Below, piece after piece: positions 63,987 to 64,000 of a stretch of DNA of 64,000 nt. Numbering within the stretch: position 1 is the first letter of the stretch; the number at the start of each line of letters is the position of its first letter. Position numbers and translations under genes: made by a program. Source of the DNA: Mobula hypostoma (Eukaryota); contig NC_086097.1 in assembly GCF_963921235.1 (NCBI RefSeq), positions 74,526,001 to 74,590,000 on the forward strand. Reading direction: 5' to 3'. The notes beneath the pieces are model-generated. The model saw only the letters and a list, made by a program, of their open reading frames with translations, did not search any database and was not told the origin of the DNA.

Positions 63987-64000
63987 ATCCTGGCCACTGA

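Noticed and set aside
1..64000. Prokaryotic systems (CRISPR arrays, operons, retrons) and the many 60-150 aa ORFs
   Set aside because: The sequence is vertebrate repeat-rich DNA; there is no repeat-spacer array; the short ORFs are TE fragments, their antisense frames or random.

Overview
Eukaryotic, AT-rich vertebrate DNA. The repeat families (esterase-ORF1 CR1 LINEs, Penelope-like elements, V-SINE, Rex1/Babar tails) suggest a cartilaginous fish; this is an inference. I found no convincing host protein-coding exon, so this looks like a large intron or gene desert. A large share of the window is transposable elements: many CR1 copies, often nested; a 2.9 kb Penelope-like insertion built as a head-to-head inverted duplication with a 14-bp TSD and hammerhead ribozyme motifs at both ends; a HERO/NeSL-like RLE retrotransposon split by a CR1; a full-length decayed Tc1; a pogo/Tigger deletion derivative; a hAT/Charlie element with a perfect 8-bp TSD; a solo LTR; a deleted chromodomain-type Gypsy element; and Rex1/Babar and RTE fragments. 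Unique sequence between about 22.5-28 kb and 38.5-50.5 kb has blocks rich in homeodomain, octamer and forkhead motifs and one good CTCF motif, which are candidate conserved enhancers. An old ~590-bp foldback element lies at 50.9-51.5 kb. I cannot support a wholly new system. The best leads are the Penelope/hammerhead structure, the foldback element and the candidate enhancers. Boundaries of decayed repeats are approximate.
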